From Marsupella aquatica (taxonomy: Eukaryota > Plantae > Marchantiophyta), in the NCBI GenBank assembly GCA_973895155.1, contig OZ316894.1, positions 15,740,699-15,804,698 on the forward strand: 64,000 nt of DNA, written 5' to 3'. The first letter of the stretch is position 1, and each line of letters opens with the position of its first letter. The notes under the pieces are model-generated. The model was not told the origin of the DNA. It saw only the letters and a program-made list of their open reading frames with translations, and ran no database searches. The translations under genes were made by a program, and so were the position numbers. Positions 50,256 to 64,000 of this stretch are shown here, piece by piece.

Positions 50256-53200
50256 ATGGACAACATGGGCCAATATGCACGAGCATCCCATGGCGGTGTG
50301 CTGCTGAAAAGCTGTGAGCCCATAATAAACCCCTCACAATCCCGCCCACTAGAGGTTGAGTTCTGTTCGCTTCACGACCTCCATCATCATCACCACCCAC
50401 CCCGTAGAGCAATTTCAGCTGCCGTCAATGTGGGACTAGTGCGGCAACGCCAGAAATTGCACTGCGGAAGAGGCCCGCTTCCAACAACTAGCTGCCGCAG
50501 CTTCCGCTCGTTTGATTTCCCTTCCCCGTGCACAAATTCTAGCAACGGTACGTCAATTGCTCACTCATGTTTGCTGCCCGCCCATTCAGGGCGAACAATC
50601 AAAACTTCACATTCAGAGTTAGAGAATCCTGTGATTTAGGGAGCTCCAATGTCTTCAATGATCCCGAGAGTCCAGAGCCACTCCATTGCGTTTTGCTAGA
50701 GGTCACTTCCACAAACTGATGCGATCAGTTTCTAAAACTTGAGTATTAATGTTGTACTATATGGAGCTCATCCGCAATGGATGCTGCGATTTGTCCGTTT
50801 TAAATCAACATTGAGCACTGGCAGTGTCCATGTTGGAACACTTATCCAGCAAAAAGTGTCTACGGATTAGGAATGCTGTGTTGCATAGCTAGATCTATTG
50901 AACATCACGCCCGGCATTCTATTACTGACATTGTCTAGAGGGGCCTGAATCATGTGAATTGTGTTACGCTCATGAGGGCATTAGGCGTCTAATGTGTAGC
51001 TGACTCCAATGTGTAGCAAAAGCTCTCAGTTTCTTCTGGTTTATTAAGCTTACTAGTATAGTTTACTTCAGTCGAAGTATTAGTCTTTTGGTACACCGAA
51101 GACGAACGAAATCAAACTTAACAAGCCACTTTAGCCTGTAGTTGACACTTTATCCTTCCTGTTTTGGTGGTACCTGCAATTTGTTAGAAATTTTCGCACA
51201 CTTGTGTAGCAATATTCATGTGGATGTCTGTGCCCGCGTGCTGGGGCATCACCAGGTCTTTATCTCTCGTGATGATTGCTCTATTACTGTTGGGTAGGGT
51301 AGTTGTGTACCCCTTAAACCCAGAGGAAGAAATGACTAATTTGTACTTTCTGCTCATTGATAAGGCCCGCATTTGCAGGCCTTTCGAACCTCTGGATTCC
51401 TGAGAGCACCCACGCCCCGTTTGGAGTGAAACGGAAAATGGCTCAGGATCGCCTTCATCTCAGAAAAGCTGGAGCAGACGAGGACCTCAACGATTACGAA
51501 AAGCCGATAGGGACAAGGTAACAACTTTGTATATTGCTGTTTGCGACCATTTATCAGTTTGTCTATAAGAGTAGTCGTCCTGGGTTCGGAGTAACGTGAC
51601 AGAAGTAGCAGCAGTGGACAGAGCTAGATCTCCGTGGATCTCATGGGATTGGTATCGGGATACAGTTTATGTAATGACAAGTAGGGGCCAATTGAGGAAA
51701 ATAAGAGGAGCACTACATGCTCAGAGCCAATACGTAATGCGCTACAAACCAAAATTTCTGAACTGCAATAGAACGGATCATCTTTCATAATGGAATGCTG
51801 CTGAGCCATGGATTTATTTCGCAAGAGTTCACCAAGATTCTATATCCTTTTTAAGTTTTTAATTGATTAACCTTCTTTCTGAACGTCACTTTTTCCCAAC
51901 AAAAATTTCTGGCGTCTTGTTGGAGAAACTTTCAACTCTTTGGTATGACGTTTAATATGAAAGATTTTTGGTTCAGGAAAGTGGTGGAGCATGTCGTCTT
52001 GCTCAAGATGAAAGATACTCTAACAGAGGAGCAAGAGAAGGAGATGCTAGACAATTTGTGGTCATTACAATATCAGATAAAGAACGTCCTTTGTACAACT
52101 GTTGGTAAATCCCCAGTTCCTCTGTATCCACTGCGGTTTTTTTGTCACTGTCCAGCTCCGTTCATTCATTCCAGGAGACAATTCCGTTGGTTCTGGCTGC
52201 GAGTAAATCCAGCTTATGCATATGTACGATTGCACATCTAAAGTTGCCTCGAAGTATCGAAAAATACGAGGCGAAATCTCCAGAAGCACTGGAGGATTTG
52301 TTCAAAGTGCATCTCAGCTGTCAGAAATAGATGTCAGTCCTCTATTTTCATAATTTTGAGGCTTGCGACACAACAAGTGAGTAAACATAGAAGACAAGTA
52401 AAGTTTAATTGCGTTTTATCGTTCTAAGAATTTGACCTGTTCATCGGACGTGAATGACACATCACATTGATTCAAAGGTCGCTTGGACTCTTCTGAAGTG
52501 AATTTGTGTTAATATACATTCATTTGTAATGTATCTAGAGATTTAGCAAGGGCACAGGCTTTTAATCTAGTCTCATCAACTGCTTCAGATCGTGAAATTG
52601 AGATCCTCCTCGACTAGAACATGATGGCAGCAGTACTCCTGCTTGGTGTGAATGACTATCGGTAGAATGCCTTGAGTCCAATGACGTATTTGTGACTGCA
52701 TAATGGGATTCAGGCAAAACTGTAACCGTTTGACTCTAAGTGTGCATATTCTGGCTGATTTTGGCAGGTCGTCTTGTTCGAAAGACACCGGAAGGCTTCA
52801 CCCACGCACTTTTCTCACGCTTTCCAAATCAGCAAGCGGTTGATGAGTACATGGAAAGTCCAACCCGTTGGAGGGTAGCACAAGATTTGGTGATCCCCTT
52901 TTATCACGTATGATCGCGGTTTATACTCAGCCTACTCATCGATATGTAGGATAATTTGAATGTCCCAAGTATCATATTTTTTGTATTCTTTATATTTACG
53001 GATTACCTTCGAGGGTCTATTAATTTGTGTGTTGCGGGAACTGATTCCGATATGATACTGGGCATGATGTTAGGCGTTTTATATAGTTGAGGACTTAGAA
53101 GACACCACCTGTCTTGCTTGTCTTAGACCTTCTAAGCATGTGCATGTCAAGTGTCTTTTGTTAGAATGGACCAAAAATTTGCTGTGAAGGTCAGAGCTCT

Positions 53201-54673
53201 ACTGTATATTTAGAAAGTTGAATATTACTAAACGAGTGACAAATACGAACTATGCCTGTAAGATTCTATCGTGTAGTGATAACCTATCCAAATGGTACAT
53301 GTGTAAACTTTTGTGCAGGGTAAGCTTATTCTGGATTTTGAAGGTGAAGTGGAAGATGACATTGAAACAATCTTTCGCCGAGGAGATGTAAGCTGACGTA
53401 CCAAGGACTTTTTTCGTGTTATGACTGTCCAACTTCCCTAAATCTGTTTATATCTTACTGCACAACATGCCTGTTGTTGTTCTTGTGCAGTAAGGTATTG
53501 TACATATTCAATAGCTTACTGCAAGTACCCAAGTACATATTCAAACATGTTGACCCAAGTACATATTCAAGCTGCGACCAGCAAATATTTCGTGAGCTAC
53601 TCACTGCTGCAAAAACTTGAATGACATCCCAGACATGAACACTCTGTAACAAAGAGAACTTGTAACTATTGACTTAGAAAAAGCATGAGATTCTGATATG
53701 TATGAAAAGATGAGGTCGTTTCATTACTACTATCTCAAGTGACCCTCCTATTCCCACGAAATACAGGACGCGTTTGTCCTACGTAGGTGAAGTTGCTTTT
53801 GTCATTGTTTTCCTTTCTTTTGGGGTACTTGCTCTTGATGGTACTAGTGTTTCCCAGGCAATGTCATAACAACTCAATCGTATATGATAGGATTTCCAAG
53901 AAGGAGTTGAGCACTTCTTGTTTTTCAGATTGAAGGACAACATATCCTCAGATGTAGCGGACAAGTTCCTGAAGACAGCCAACTCCCTACCTGCGAGGTT
54001 TGGTGAACTTGTGCAGTTGACCGTAGGTGCGTTTGAAACAATTCTTATACCTGGCTGTGTAGTAGGGCATAACTTTGGTGAGCAACAAGATAAGTAGGTC
54101 TCTTGGTATGCGCTGGCCATTTGTTATGTGTGAATCTTTATGAGAAAGTGACTCTTTGAAAAAGCATTGTGGCTGAGTTGATGAAGGTGTCATCTGCTAA
54201 TGCTTTGTAGGAGCCAATTTCGACAGCCAGAGCAAGGGCCTGTATACGCATGGATTGGTGGCGAGGCTAGCTTCTGGTTAGTATAGAGAGATATACATTG
54301 AACCTCCTCCTACATTCTTGTTAATTGAGGAATGTTTCTGAGGCGTTTGTCTTCGAAGGTCTTCAATGCGCCCTTTTGTCAGGTCACTGCGTTTGCATGA
54401 TAGACAATTAATGTTTCTGATTTATGGTTTCTGGATTTGGCAGAAGAGGCTTTTGGGGAGTTCGAAAAATTCCTTCAATCAGATCCTGTAAGTAGCCAGT
54501 CTCCATGTTCAAATCTCTGCCGGTTATCTTCTATTTTGTGCGCTGAAGTTTAGCTGTTGATCTACGTGCTTGTTTGATCGCAGAGCTGGATAGAGGCAAC
54601 GGAGTTGTTCGAGATGTCGCAGACTCTAACTGCTAATTTTGTGGTCTCTCCAATTGGAAAGACAGTGATGTAG
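50256..54673 (+). CDS. Stress-responsive A/B barrel (double DABB) protein with transit-peptide-like N terminus; exons ~50256-50547, 51379-51517, 51977-52104, 52768-52907, 53319-53387, 53891-54026, 54211-54276, 54444-54487, 54584-54673
   Basis: RKVVEHVVLLKMK..EKEMLDNLWSLQYQ, GFTHALFSRF, GVEHFLFFRLK and LVQLTVGANF..YTHGLVARL. GT-AG exons join in phase. Confidence 0.88.
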
Positions 54674-56029
54674 ACTAGGTGTAGTGATGTGCGCTGGTTG
54701 TAAGCCGGTCTCCATTTGTTGCTGTTTCTTGTGAGGCAGGCGAGGGTAGGTTACGTTGTGCACTTATACTCGGAAAGATCGCCAGAGAAACTATTCAGAG
54801 CTTCAGGAATTTGCAACAATGAGTTGATGCAGCTATATATGTGCAGCACTTCAATTTATCGAAACGAGATCACATTATTTTAACATTTTTTAGGAATTTA
54901 CCAGACTTTGATGATGATTGAATCTTCCTTTATGAAGAATCGACGATAGGTTTCCTCAGATCTGGGCAATGTTTTGTTATTGCACAAGTTTGCGGAGACG
55001 TCGTTTTTAGTCGGGTCTCCAAGAGATGAGCGAAATCTCCGTACTTATTAGAGAAAGGAGGATGGATTCCTCCCATTTTAGCAATTGTCACTTACAGTGC
55101 GTTACTCCACACTATCTCACTAGTTTCACCAAATTGGGCAACAGTTGACGTACGAGTATCAAAGAGATAGAGAAGGACCATTGCGTTAGGTTGACAACGC
55201 TTTGCTAGATCCAAATGAATGACTTCTTTACTGTACAGTCCCTTGTGACATGGGTCAGAAATTACCATTCGCAAGTAAGTGCGGCTCGAGAAGTGAGATC
55301 CCTCAAGCGCCATGCGAATCTTTCGTGCACTTCAAATCGAGACAAAGCTACTTGCTAAAGCTCGATCAACAACACGTCAAGGATTTAGCTGCTGTGACGG
55401 GCGGGCCAGAGGAGTCCAAGGTCTCATCTTTGTACGATGGTGCTCCTCACAATGAAAAAAAACGTCATGTGTGATATACTGCCGCTAGGTCACACTATCA
55501 CATGTTAACCACTAGGAGGCGAAGGATCCGACAAAGATTTCGATGCCGATTTTGTATGATCTTGTCCATATACAGGACAAGTCCATCTCTACAAGGTAAA
55601 GGTGCATGGAATCAAGGTCGGAGTGCTTGGACCACAATCCTTCCGTTGCCAAGTGAGGCAGTCAAAGACGGAGGCTCTGAATGCGTGCAAGAAAATCAGT
55701 CAATTTAGGAATGGCAGGGACCTCCCGCGGGATTTCTCCTTATTGAAAGAACACGCGGCATTTGACGGGATTGGTAAGTTTGCAGCTAAGCTGTCAGGAA
55801 CATGTGATGTACATGTCCAATATGTGCACCAATTTCTTTTCTGTTGGTAGGCACAGCAGAACCAGGCTGATGTCTACATTCCACACTCGGATAACCCTGA
55901 AACAGAATTCCACCGCGAACAATTTTTCGAAGCTGCTGATCTTCCCTTGGTCCTCTCGTCTTGTGCCAAGTCTCTTCCAGAATCAAACTCGAACTGTTCG
56001 ATAAACAAATCCATAGCCCCCCATAAACC

Positions 56030-58648
56030 CTAAACCCTTCGGTAGATGTGGAAGGTTCCCTCGCTCACACAGCCCAACATGTCACTTCCTTGCATCTGTA
56101 CATTCTTTACATCCAATATAGGACTCTGGTGGGGAACAAGAGTGTCTACGAGTCTACATGATTTCATGTCCCAAAGCCAGACGCTGTTGGTCCCCTCATC
56201 TCCACAGGCAAACAATGATTTTGATCGGGGCGTGGACTTTGAAATGATGGCGGTTCGAGTCATCAAGCTCTGACTCTTGTTACCCCCCATTGCTCCAGTT
56301 GTTTCCCAGGGCAGTCTGGATTCGGCAGTTCTGATCCTCCAATTCGTCTCAGAACAAGAACTACCCTGACTTCTGCTGAAGATCCAATGAGACGGTTCTT
56401 CACAACCAATTGAAGCTAATGATGGTCTACTGCTTAAAAGGCCATCTATAGGCTGACTTGAGTTCTCTCCTGCAGATCGTCCACACGCAGAAGACGAAGA
56501 GGGTTCAGTTTGAGCCGATGGTGATCGTCTGACGGAAGCCACGGCAGCATTGGACGAATAATCGTAGACCAGAGAAATGCAAATTAATTCTCTGTCGGAA
56601 AATACACACTGCGGCCGTTCCAATTCACTTCCAGCCACCGAATAGCCAACATTCCAAAGCGAAATGCCACTGTTCGATGCGCTTAGTATTTCTCTACCCC
56701 CCAAAGCCTGACTTCCCATATTTGCTTGCGCAGAAGAATGACCTCGGAGTACCTGAAGAGTGTGAATGGGGCGGTTGCTTGGACCGTTAAGAATTGCAAC
56801 AGGAGACGATGTTTGACGCAGGTCGACTAGTAAGAGGCAACCATTTTGTAGCCCAGAGTATAATAGATTTGGGACATTTGGATCCCAGGCACATGACCAA
56901 GGCGGACTTTGCACTGAATAGGTCAAGACGACATTGTTACTAGCCAGACTAATCAAAGACAGTTTCTTGCCGGTAGAAGCTACCACTGCACACTTCCCAG
57001 TACCTCCAATGCCAGACGGAGAAAGTCGAATATCACGTATTGTCCCTGAGCCAGTGGGGAAGTCAATGCTCTCAATTTCTCTACTAGAAAGCAAGCTCAT
57101 TTTTGATAAACCAAAACCCCTCCCTTCAGTCTTATTCGACAAGACGACTGTAAGGCTTTCAGCATCCATGTCGAAGACCTTTCCTCCATGGACAGGTAGT
57201 ACATATTGAAGTTGAAAGCTGCCACCACAGTTGTCCAATCCCCCTGCCCGACCCCAGGTTGGGTTTTGCCCAGCTTCTGAAACATGCCCATATCCGTTGC
57301 TTCCACCTGTATGTAGGTGATCCTGTAGACCAGAAGGTACGACTGAGCGGCTTCTTGAACCAAACGTTTGTAGAGAGGAATGCCCAAACGGAGAGACTCT
57401 CATAGTCATTTTGTTTCCCAAATTTTCTTCAGACGCAGTTGTGATATTATGCGACTCAGTAGCAGACATGAGATCGATTGCAGCTGCATTATTTGCAAGC
57501 GATTGCGAGGCTGATGCTTGAACCAGTCCATTTCTTTCCTTACTCTGAAGTACCTCCTGAAGCAGCTTTTCCTTCTCCAACTTCAACCGAAGGTTCTCGG
57601 CTCTCAAGACATGTAATTCCTGCGCGCATTGATGGGCTTCACCATCTATCACCGCAAGAGTCCGAGGAACGTAAAGATTCCGCACATCTTCTAACTTGGC
57701 TCGCTTATTGCATTGAGGGCATCTACTGACCTTTCTTGCGGCTTGCCGAAGCCAGCGTTCAATGCAGGCCTTGCCAAATAGGTGGCCGCAAGCAAGAGAG
57801 CAGATACGGTGATCACCAGAATTTGTCCACGATTCCATACAGATTGGGCAGACAAGCGAGTCGTCCAAGCCTTCACGTGGGTTTCGCTCTTGTGAGCGAC
57901 GAATCTCCAACTGCTGTGCCGCTTCGTCATGGGGCCTCTTATGGCGAGCATTGTGCGGTACTCCAACTGTTACTGCAAGCTCCGCCTCCTGTTGGGCATC
58001 ACCTATTGGAATCTGAGAGAACGCAATAAGCTCGCCTCCTGTAGGATTCGGTTCAACTTGCCCTTGCCCCGCTACCTCAACCTGAGCGGCTGCCGCAGAC
58101 TCTTCCTGGTGGACACCATTTGAGCTGTTCGGAGCAGCAGGAGGTACTCCAACAACAACGTCGTTTTCACCTCCTGGATTTGGCAGTTCGTCCTGCGGAG
58201 GTGAAAACGTTGTCACCTCCTCCTGTTGGACATCGTTGACATCTGTGCTGTTCCACGCATGTAGCCCCACCACCACGCTATTTTCACTTTCTGCATTCGG
58301 TTGTCCACTTGGCCCCGACGCCAGAGAGGTCGATAGAGACGAATCTGCTGTAGTCGTCGGCCCAGTAGCGACTAAATGCCCATGGCCTTGCAAATTCGTA
58401 GATGCGGAAGAGCGGGTATCAGCCAGAGCCTCAGTTAATCCTAAGGCTGCATTGCGAGTAATGGCTGAAGAGCCGCTTCGAAGTCCGCCATTGTCGTGAC
58501 CACCAAAACCTCCTGAGAAAGGTCCTCCATCAACAATTACGGAATTGTTGGCACTACGTTGTAAGGACGGACCGTCCATCTCCACACTTGAATGGCCCGT
58601 GGAGATCAACGAGATATGTCCCGAGGACAATTCGCGGGAGATGAACAT
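56030..58648 (-). CDS. RFWD3: RING + coiled-coil + WD40 E3 ubiquitin ligase, RFWD3-like, intronless CDS (start may be the downstream MDGPS)
   Basis: CPICMESWTNSGDHRICSLACGHLFGKACIERWL..CPQC RING finger, a coiled coil, and WD40-like PPWSCAWD..LYSGLQNG..VDLRQ. Confidence 0.92.
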   Translation of the reverse strand: MFISRELSSGHISLISTGHSSVEMDGPSLQRSANNSVIVDGGPFSGGFGGHDNGGLRSGSSAITRNAALGLTEALADTRSSASTNLQGHGHLVATGPTTTADSSLSTSLASGPSGQPNAESENSVVVGLHAWNSTDVNDVQQEEVTTFSPPQDELPNPGGENDVVVGVPPAAPNSSNGVHQEESAAAAQVEVAGQGQVEPNPTGGELIAFSQIPIGDAQQEAELAVTVGVPHNARHKRPHDEAAQQLEIRRSQERNPREGLDDSLVCPICMESWTNSGDHRICSLACGHLFGKACIERWLRQAARKVSRCPQCNKRAKLEDVRNLYVPRTLAVIDGEAHQCAQELHVLRAENLRLKLEKEKLLQEVLQSKERNGLVQASASQSLANNAAAIDLMSATESHNITTASEENLGNKMTMRVSPFGHSSLQTFGSRSRSVVPSGLQDHLHTGGSNGYGHVSEAGQNPTWGRAGGLDNCGGSFQLQYVLPVHGGKVFDMDAESLTVVLSNKTEGRGFGLSKMSLLSSREIESIDFPTGSGTIRDIRLSPSGIGGTGKCAVVASTGKKLSLISLASNNVVLTYSVQSPPWSCAWDPNVPNLLYSGLQNGCLLLVDLRQTSSPVAILNGPSNRPIHTLQVLRGHSSAQANMGSQALGGREILSASNSGISLWNVGYSVAGSELERPQCVFSDRELICISLVYDYSSNAAVASVRRSPSAQTEPSSSSACGRSAGENSSQPIDGLLSSRPSLASIGCEEPSHWIFSRSQGSSCSETNWRIRTAESRLPWETTGAMGGNKSQSLMTRTAIISKSTPRSKSLFACGDEGTNSVWLWDMKSCRLVDTLVPHQSPILDVKNVQMQGSDMLGCVSEGTFHIYRRV

Positions 58649-60918
58649 TTATGCCCGCATTCGGAACCAATCTCCGGCAGCATAAGTACTGTAAAGTAGT
58701 CCATGATGTTGATGATCGAGCAAGAGCCTTTCTCACTCGGTCACTGAGGTCTGGAAGCCGCATTCCCGTTCACTTGAATCAACATGACGAGGTCGTCAAC
58801 TATTCAAACTCGTATTCGACCATACACGGCGGCAATCCTGGGAAAGTAATCTTGGACATCGCATGTTCTTCACTTTCGTCCTTCCTAGTTTTTCCAATTC
58901 TAGTTGCGAGATTCCGTTTTACGTAGTGACTTTGATCTACGTAGTTGTGATTTCCAGAAGATTAAACTTCTAGTTCTCGTCGAGGAAAGATTTCTTTCTG
59001 TGTCTGGAATGCACCTTTTACTCACAAGTAAAATGCAGCAACAGAACACACGACTGACAGCCAACATAACCAGGCTCGTCCGGAATGAGGCCAGGTAGAA
59101 AATGAACAGACATCTACGAGATGCACCAGAACCAACAAAACCACACTGCTAATATGCTGGTCACCATGTACCTTCCCGTTCATTCCGCCCTTAAGCAGAG
59201 CGCAAAGTAGACAAGTCTTGCTCAGCTTCAAATTTGAGGAACGGTTTCTAGGTCACGGTTCTTACGGTTACTATCCTTTAATTTCACCAGAGGTCGGACT
59301 AGAGTCAAATTACTTTTTTGTTTTTTCCCTTACAATTGGTCATGTTAGCTTGGCGCTCGTTTGCTAGCTGTGACGTTGTGATCACTATGTGATTAATAGA
59401 TGTCTTGCAGAATTTGTTGGACAGAAGTATGAGTCTTGGGGCAGTTGACCGTCCCTTAGACCAAGTTGAAGTCTTTTCATCATCGGTTCTTAGTACTGCA
59501 TGGTATTTGGAAAGTGGAGCTTCATTCCAGACAATTTAAATTAGCCTTCTGGAACAGGTGTTGAAAGCGTGGCAGTCGCTTTGGACTTAGTCTCTGCAAT
59601 GACTGTTTGCAAAATGGTCGGCTAGACTTTTGTTGTACTATGGTCATTCAGTTGTGTAGTTTAGGAGAACCTCCAGTTTGATTGTGGAATTCAACATCCA
59701 CACCTGCAATTACTCATGTTGCTCTTCAATGGCATAACCTGCAGTGTGTTAACCTTTGAGTCATAAGTATGTTTCTGCTTCAAGTTTCAGACACGCCCAT
59801 GGGACAAGGCGATTGGCTAAGCATCTGGTTGAAATCGCATTTGACAATTGTGGTATGGGTTGGCTTTTCCAATGTCCTCAGTGTCCATAGGAATATCCAA
59901 TCCAATGATTTTCCTGTGTCCAATGATTTTCAGATACCAACGTAGAGAGCGCGAGGCAGCATTTGGGCTCTAGGGCTCTAGGGCCAAAAAGGTTGAAGGT
60001 TCGGGCTGCATCGCCTGTCGACAGGGCTATGCTCACTCTACAAGACCTATGACTGCCGTCCCTGGCCATCACCTCACTTGTGCATTCTTGCGGTCGCCCG
60101 GTTGGTTCTCCCTGTGCGCATATGGCATTTTAGCCGTCTAGGGACGGAACACCCCATTACTCGGTCCCAGTCCAAAATATTGAATTCTGTGATTCGAGAT
60201 TAGCCATTATCTGTATCCAGAAACTGCTCTATTCTCCCTCGTTCGATTCGGACACATAAAAGCCATATAGCGGTGATGCTACTGCATTCTGGATGGAGTA
60301 TTCTTGATGTCAAGGGCTTCTGTCCACGTTCAACAAGTTGTCTGGCTCCGAAAATATGCAGTGCCCAACCCTTCATACTAAATCATGAGACCAACTCTAT
60401 ACCTTCATTTCCATAAAAAGGCTGCCTTTTGAAGAGAAAACCAACATTGGGCGAAGTACTGTAATCTGTGAATGATGACAACGGTCCTGAAATGGCACGC
60501 CAATTTACTTTTTGGCCTCCTCTTAATAGGTTTCAGACGATGTAACGAGTGAGCAGTTTCATCAAGAGAGCTACACATTTGCTTGTCTATCCATGCGTGT
60601 CGCAATGAGAGTGTCTCCAGTACCATGATATAAAACCTTGATAGCCTTGCCAGCTCGACCTCCGGATGATCTTTCTCTGCTCCTTTTTTACTGGTATCCT
60701 TTCTTTGTTAAGAGAGACGTCCCAGATGTTCTCAACTAGATCTACGAATTTTGAGAGAAAGAACGGAAAGATAGGATCTAGGTTTTGCGCTAGAGATCCT
60801 CTGCCAGTAACGTTGCTCACTAACTGTGAGATCTACTTGGTCTTCTAACGAGCAAAGTCCTACCAGATATTGTCATACTCCGTGGTGACCAGATCAATGA
60901 TGCAACGATACCCTGAAC

Positions 60919-63906
60919 CTACCAGCCCTTTCCAATAAGCCAAAACCAGTCCGACGTGACTCCAAGGAAGAGACCAACGATCAAGAATAATACAAGTATA
61001 TTCCCGAGGGCATTTTGCTCAGGGCTCTGCAATCAATTCAGTCCAAAGTGGGTATAAGGTCGAGCATCGCGCAGTGAGCTAACAAAACATTAAAAACAAG
61101 ACAAACGACTCATTGAAGATTTTCCACGAATGAAACCTAGGGTCCTGGCCTTTCCAGAGTAGCCCTGTGAAGAAGACTGAGGTTGGTGTACCAATACTCA
61201 CAATATATCCTTCTGGAGCTCTAGTGAAAATCACAACTGTAAGGTATCCATTGGTTAACCCCAGCATGATACACAAAAATATCATATAGCCCGCATCTGC
61301 GTACTTGGCAGTGAAGTAGAAGCAAGGAATGAACGCAAAACGGGCCAAACATGAGATCATGATCATCCGTCTTGAGCTCATACACAAGGCTGGGATAAGA
61401 GGAATAAATCTTGAAATAAGATCCGCTCCATTATACATCGCGATAAGAACTAAGGCATACCTGAATTACAACCAGACAAATCCGCTCTTATGTCAGGCTT
61501 AGCGCATACTTGGAAGTTGCAGATACTCAGAATTGAAGCACTAAGTTCTGATGGTGAAGTCTGTGTCTGTATGGGTTTGGCGATATCTCACAACTATGAT
61601 ACTCTTGTGGCTCAATTACGATTTCAGCATTAGTTCACATTACTTCTTGCAAGAAGAGTTCTAGGTCATTCTACGTTGACTATACACGATTGTTTAGACA
61701 CTGATTCACAATAACGATGTAGACTAAAGCAGCGGCCTTGACGACAACCGAATTGATGTAAACACGGGATATGAAAGAGGTCTTCTATCTACCATAGACA
61801 ACAACACTATGACGTGTGTTCCTTACCAGGCTCCTAATTTATGTCTTCCGGTATCTTCATATAGGAATCCAGGGAAAATGGAAAGTGACAGCAAATAGAT
61901 AAGTACTAGCATCAGTGCATAGTCCCAGTTCTCAAAAAACAGCTCCGATGTGCTCTTCCGTGGTCTAATGTTGCCATGTTCGGTATCCTGCGCCTAACCA
62001 TGACAAAAAATCCAAGCCGTTCCTTTATTAGTAACTCACACATTGATGCAAAAGTTAGTTTATTGACAAAAATAGTCAACTGGGACGAGCCCATATAACC
62101 ACATTCCATGGTAGTCACCAAAAAATCCACGTCAGTGCTGCTCGAAGACCAGTGGTAAAGGAAGGATTTCAACCTGTATTCTTCAAAAGCTAATAGACGT
62201 CAAGGTCAGGAAGTTCTACATCAAGCACGACAGAGACCGCTGAGCAGTACAAAGAAGGTCAGATGACACAGACGAGGAGAGCTTTTCTCTAAGTAGTCGA
62301 GGTCCATACCTTTGCACAATTCATGCCAGTAGCGAAGAACTGTTGTTGCAAAGAACCATAAGCTATGCCACATATCAATCGACACTACTGCCAACGAGTC
62401 CGATGGTTTAAAAGTAAAATGAACTGGAGATATTGCACCTTGTAGTCAACTCCCGCAGCCGTAAGGTCATCATTAACAGTCAAAGACCCCTCCATGGCAG
62501 CACGGCCACGGTAGAACTTTACAGCTTCAAGTCGAGGGAAGACAAATGCATAAAGAATCACTCCAATAACTTCCACAATCCCCGCTAATCCCCAGAATAC
62601 AACTGCCACATTCAATTAATGATAAGTGACGCAAGTACCATTTGGGAAAGAGGAATTGACAAGCCACATTTGCAAAATATTACCGAGAATCCTTTACAAA
62701 TAATGGATCCCCTCCTCTCCCCCAACCCCTTGACAGCAAAAACGATCGCACCACAATGACCAAGATGCTGCACCCTTCTTACTCACTGTATGTGCTGGTC
62801 TGAGTGAATCTTACTGAAACCTAAGTCTGCTTGTAAGATAAATTTATTTTCGAAAGAGAACGCGTTCTTGTAACCTCCAAATCAAAAGCATCAAATTCGA
62901 TTTGATGAGCAAAATCAAGAAGAGCGTACGTAGAATTTGATCATTTCGTCAAGTTAAACCTCACTACGGTACTTGCAGAAAGCTATAAGTTACGACGGGA
63001 ATTGACAAGAAGATTAGAGGCATGAGGTAATGGTGGTAGTCCGGCATGATTCAGGAAGTCTCAGGACGACGAAATGGTGTTAACTTTTTAGCCACATAAA
63101 CTTTCAAGATAATGATGACGAGAGTAGGAGTGAGTTAAGGAACTTACGAGCGCCTTTCCGAAGACCGAAATTGCCATCCCCAAAACCCACCTTCGTCAAC
63201 ATTCGCATTAGCGTTGTAGCGACACCTGATGCTGCAAGCCCAGCATTATAAGCCTGTACTATGACAAACAAATCCAAGTTTAGGTAAAATCTTCTTTTTA
63301 GAGTCCTAAGATTTCGACTCATTAGGTTCCTGCAAAATCTTCTAATTGAATAACCAGGCAGAGCACTAAATTACTGTGTATAGCACCTCGACAGATAACC
63401 TCGTCTAGGCGAGGGGGTTGGCTAGACAAGCTAACCAGGAGTTTACAAGATATGTAATTCCAAACGTTTCTAGCACAGATCTCAGGTGCTGCCTGTTCCG
63501 CAGGATGCTCTACCTAGCCATTGAACGACATTTCATCGTTTTAAAAGTCGAATCGCTGCAAACCATCATTGGTTTGTGACTCTGATTGATTAACGATGAT
63601 CTTTATCCGATGACCCAGCTTTGTCCAAGTGGTGTTGAAATTCATTCGTTTACACATTTATCGTCCAGCTCTCACCAGAGACAAACAATTTTGACTGGTC
63701 ACTCAAAATACTAAATGTGTTTGAAGTAGATATAACAATTGAACCTGTTATGAATTAATTACCTGCAAGTATGAGGGATGCATAAATGACAGGTCCCCAA
63801 CCAAGCCTCCTTGAGCTGTACCATCTCCTATGCCCAACATAGCGATCAGGAAGCACATTCCAATGAAGGAGCCAAGTCCGCCGTCTCCATGAGTGACAAC
63901 ATCAAT
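60919..63906 (-). CDS. ENT3: Equilibrative nucleoside transporter (ENT3-like), 3' exons; 5' part lies beyond the window
   Basis: Exons encode GDGTAQGGLVGDLSFM, AYNAGLAASG, LSIFPGFLYEDTG, YNGADLISR, GLTNGYLTV and PEQNALGN..WLIGKGW*. Confidence 0.93.
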
Positions 63907-64000
63907 CTGCACAGCGCAGGGTTATATCAATGTCAGGAATTTCTAAGGGGTCTAGGACTGCAGATGCAAATCAATGCAAGATATTAATAAGATAAAACCA

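Overview
Eukaryotic land-plant DNA. Spliceosomal introns, the gene set and the transposon types suggest a bryophyte, possibly a liverwort (inference). Seven host genes are recognisable: ADA1/TADA1, YCF54, an LPAT4/5-type acyltransferase, a VTI1 SNARE, a double-DABB protein, an RFWD3-like RING-WD40 E3 ligase, and the 3' part of an ENT nucleoside transporter. They are separated by TE-rich blocks: a decayed PIF/Harbinger element, a solo LTR, a mini-Helitron and several MITE/foldback families. The standout is a ~10 kb decayed Mutator-like element at ~16.3-26.7 kb with two divergently transcribed genes. One is a GCM/FLYWCH-like + MULE DDE + SWIM transposase. The other encodes a ParB/Srx-like domain fused to a bacterial-type beta-class N4C/N6A DNA-methyltransferase-like domain. 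At least 9 copies of an 18-bp palindrome (GCYAGCGA-NN-TCGCTRGC) occur in the element's non-coding parts. Together this resembles a transposon-borne ParB/parS-like self-recognition or self-marking module. All domain calls are from motif reading by eye; no searches were run.
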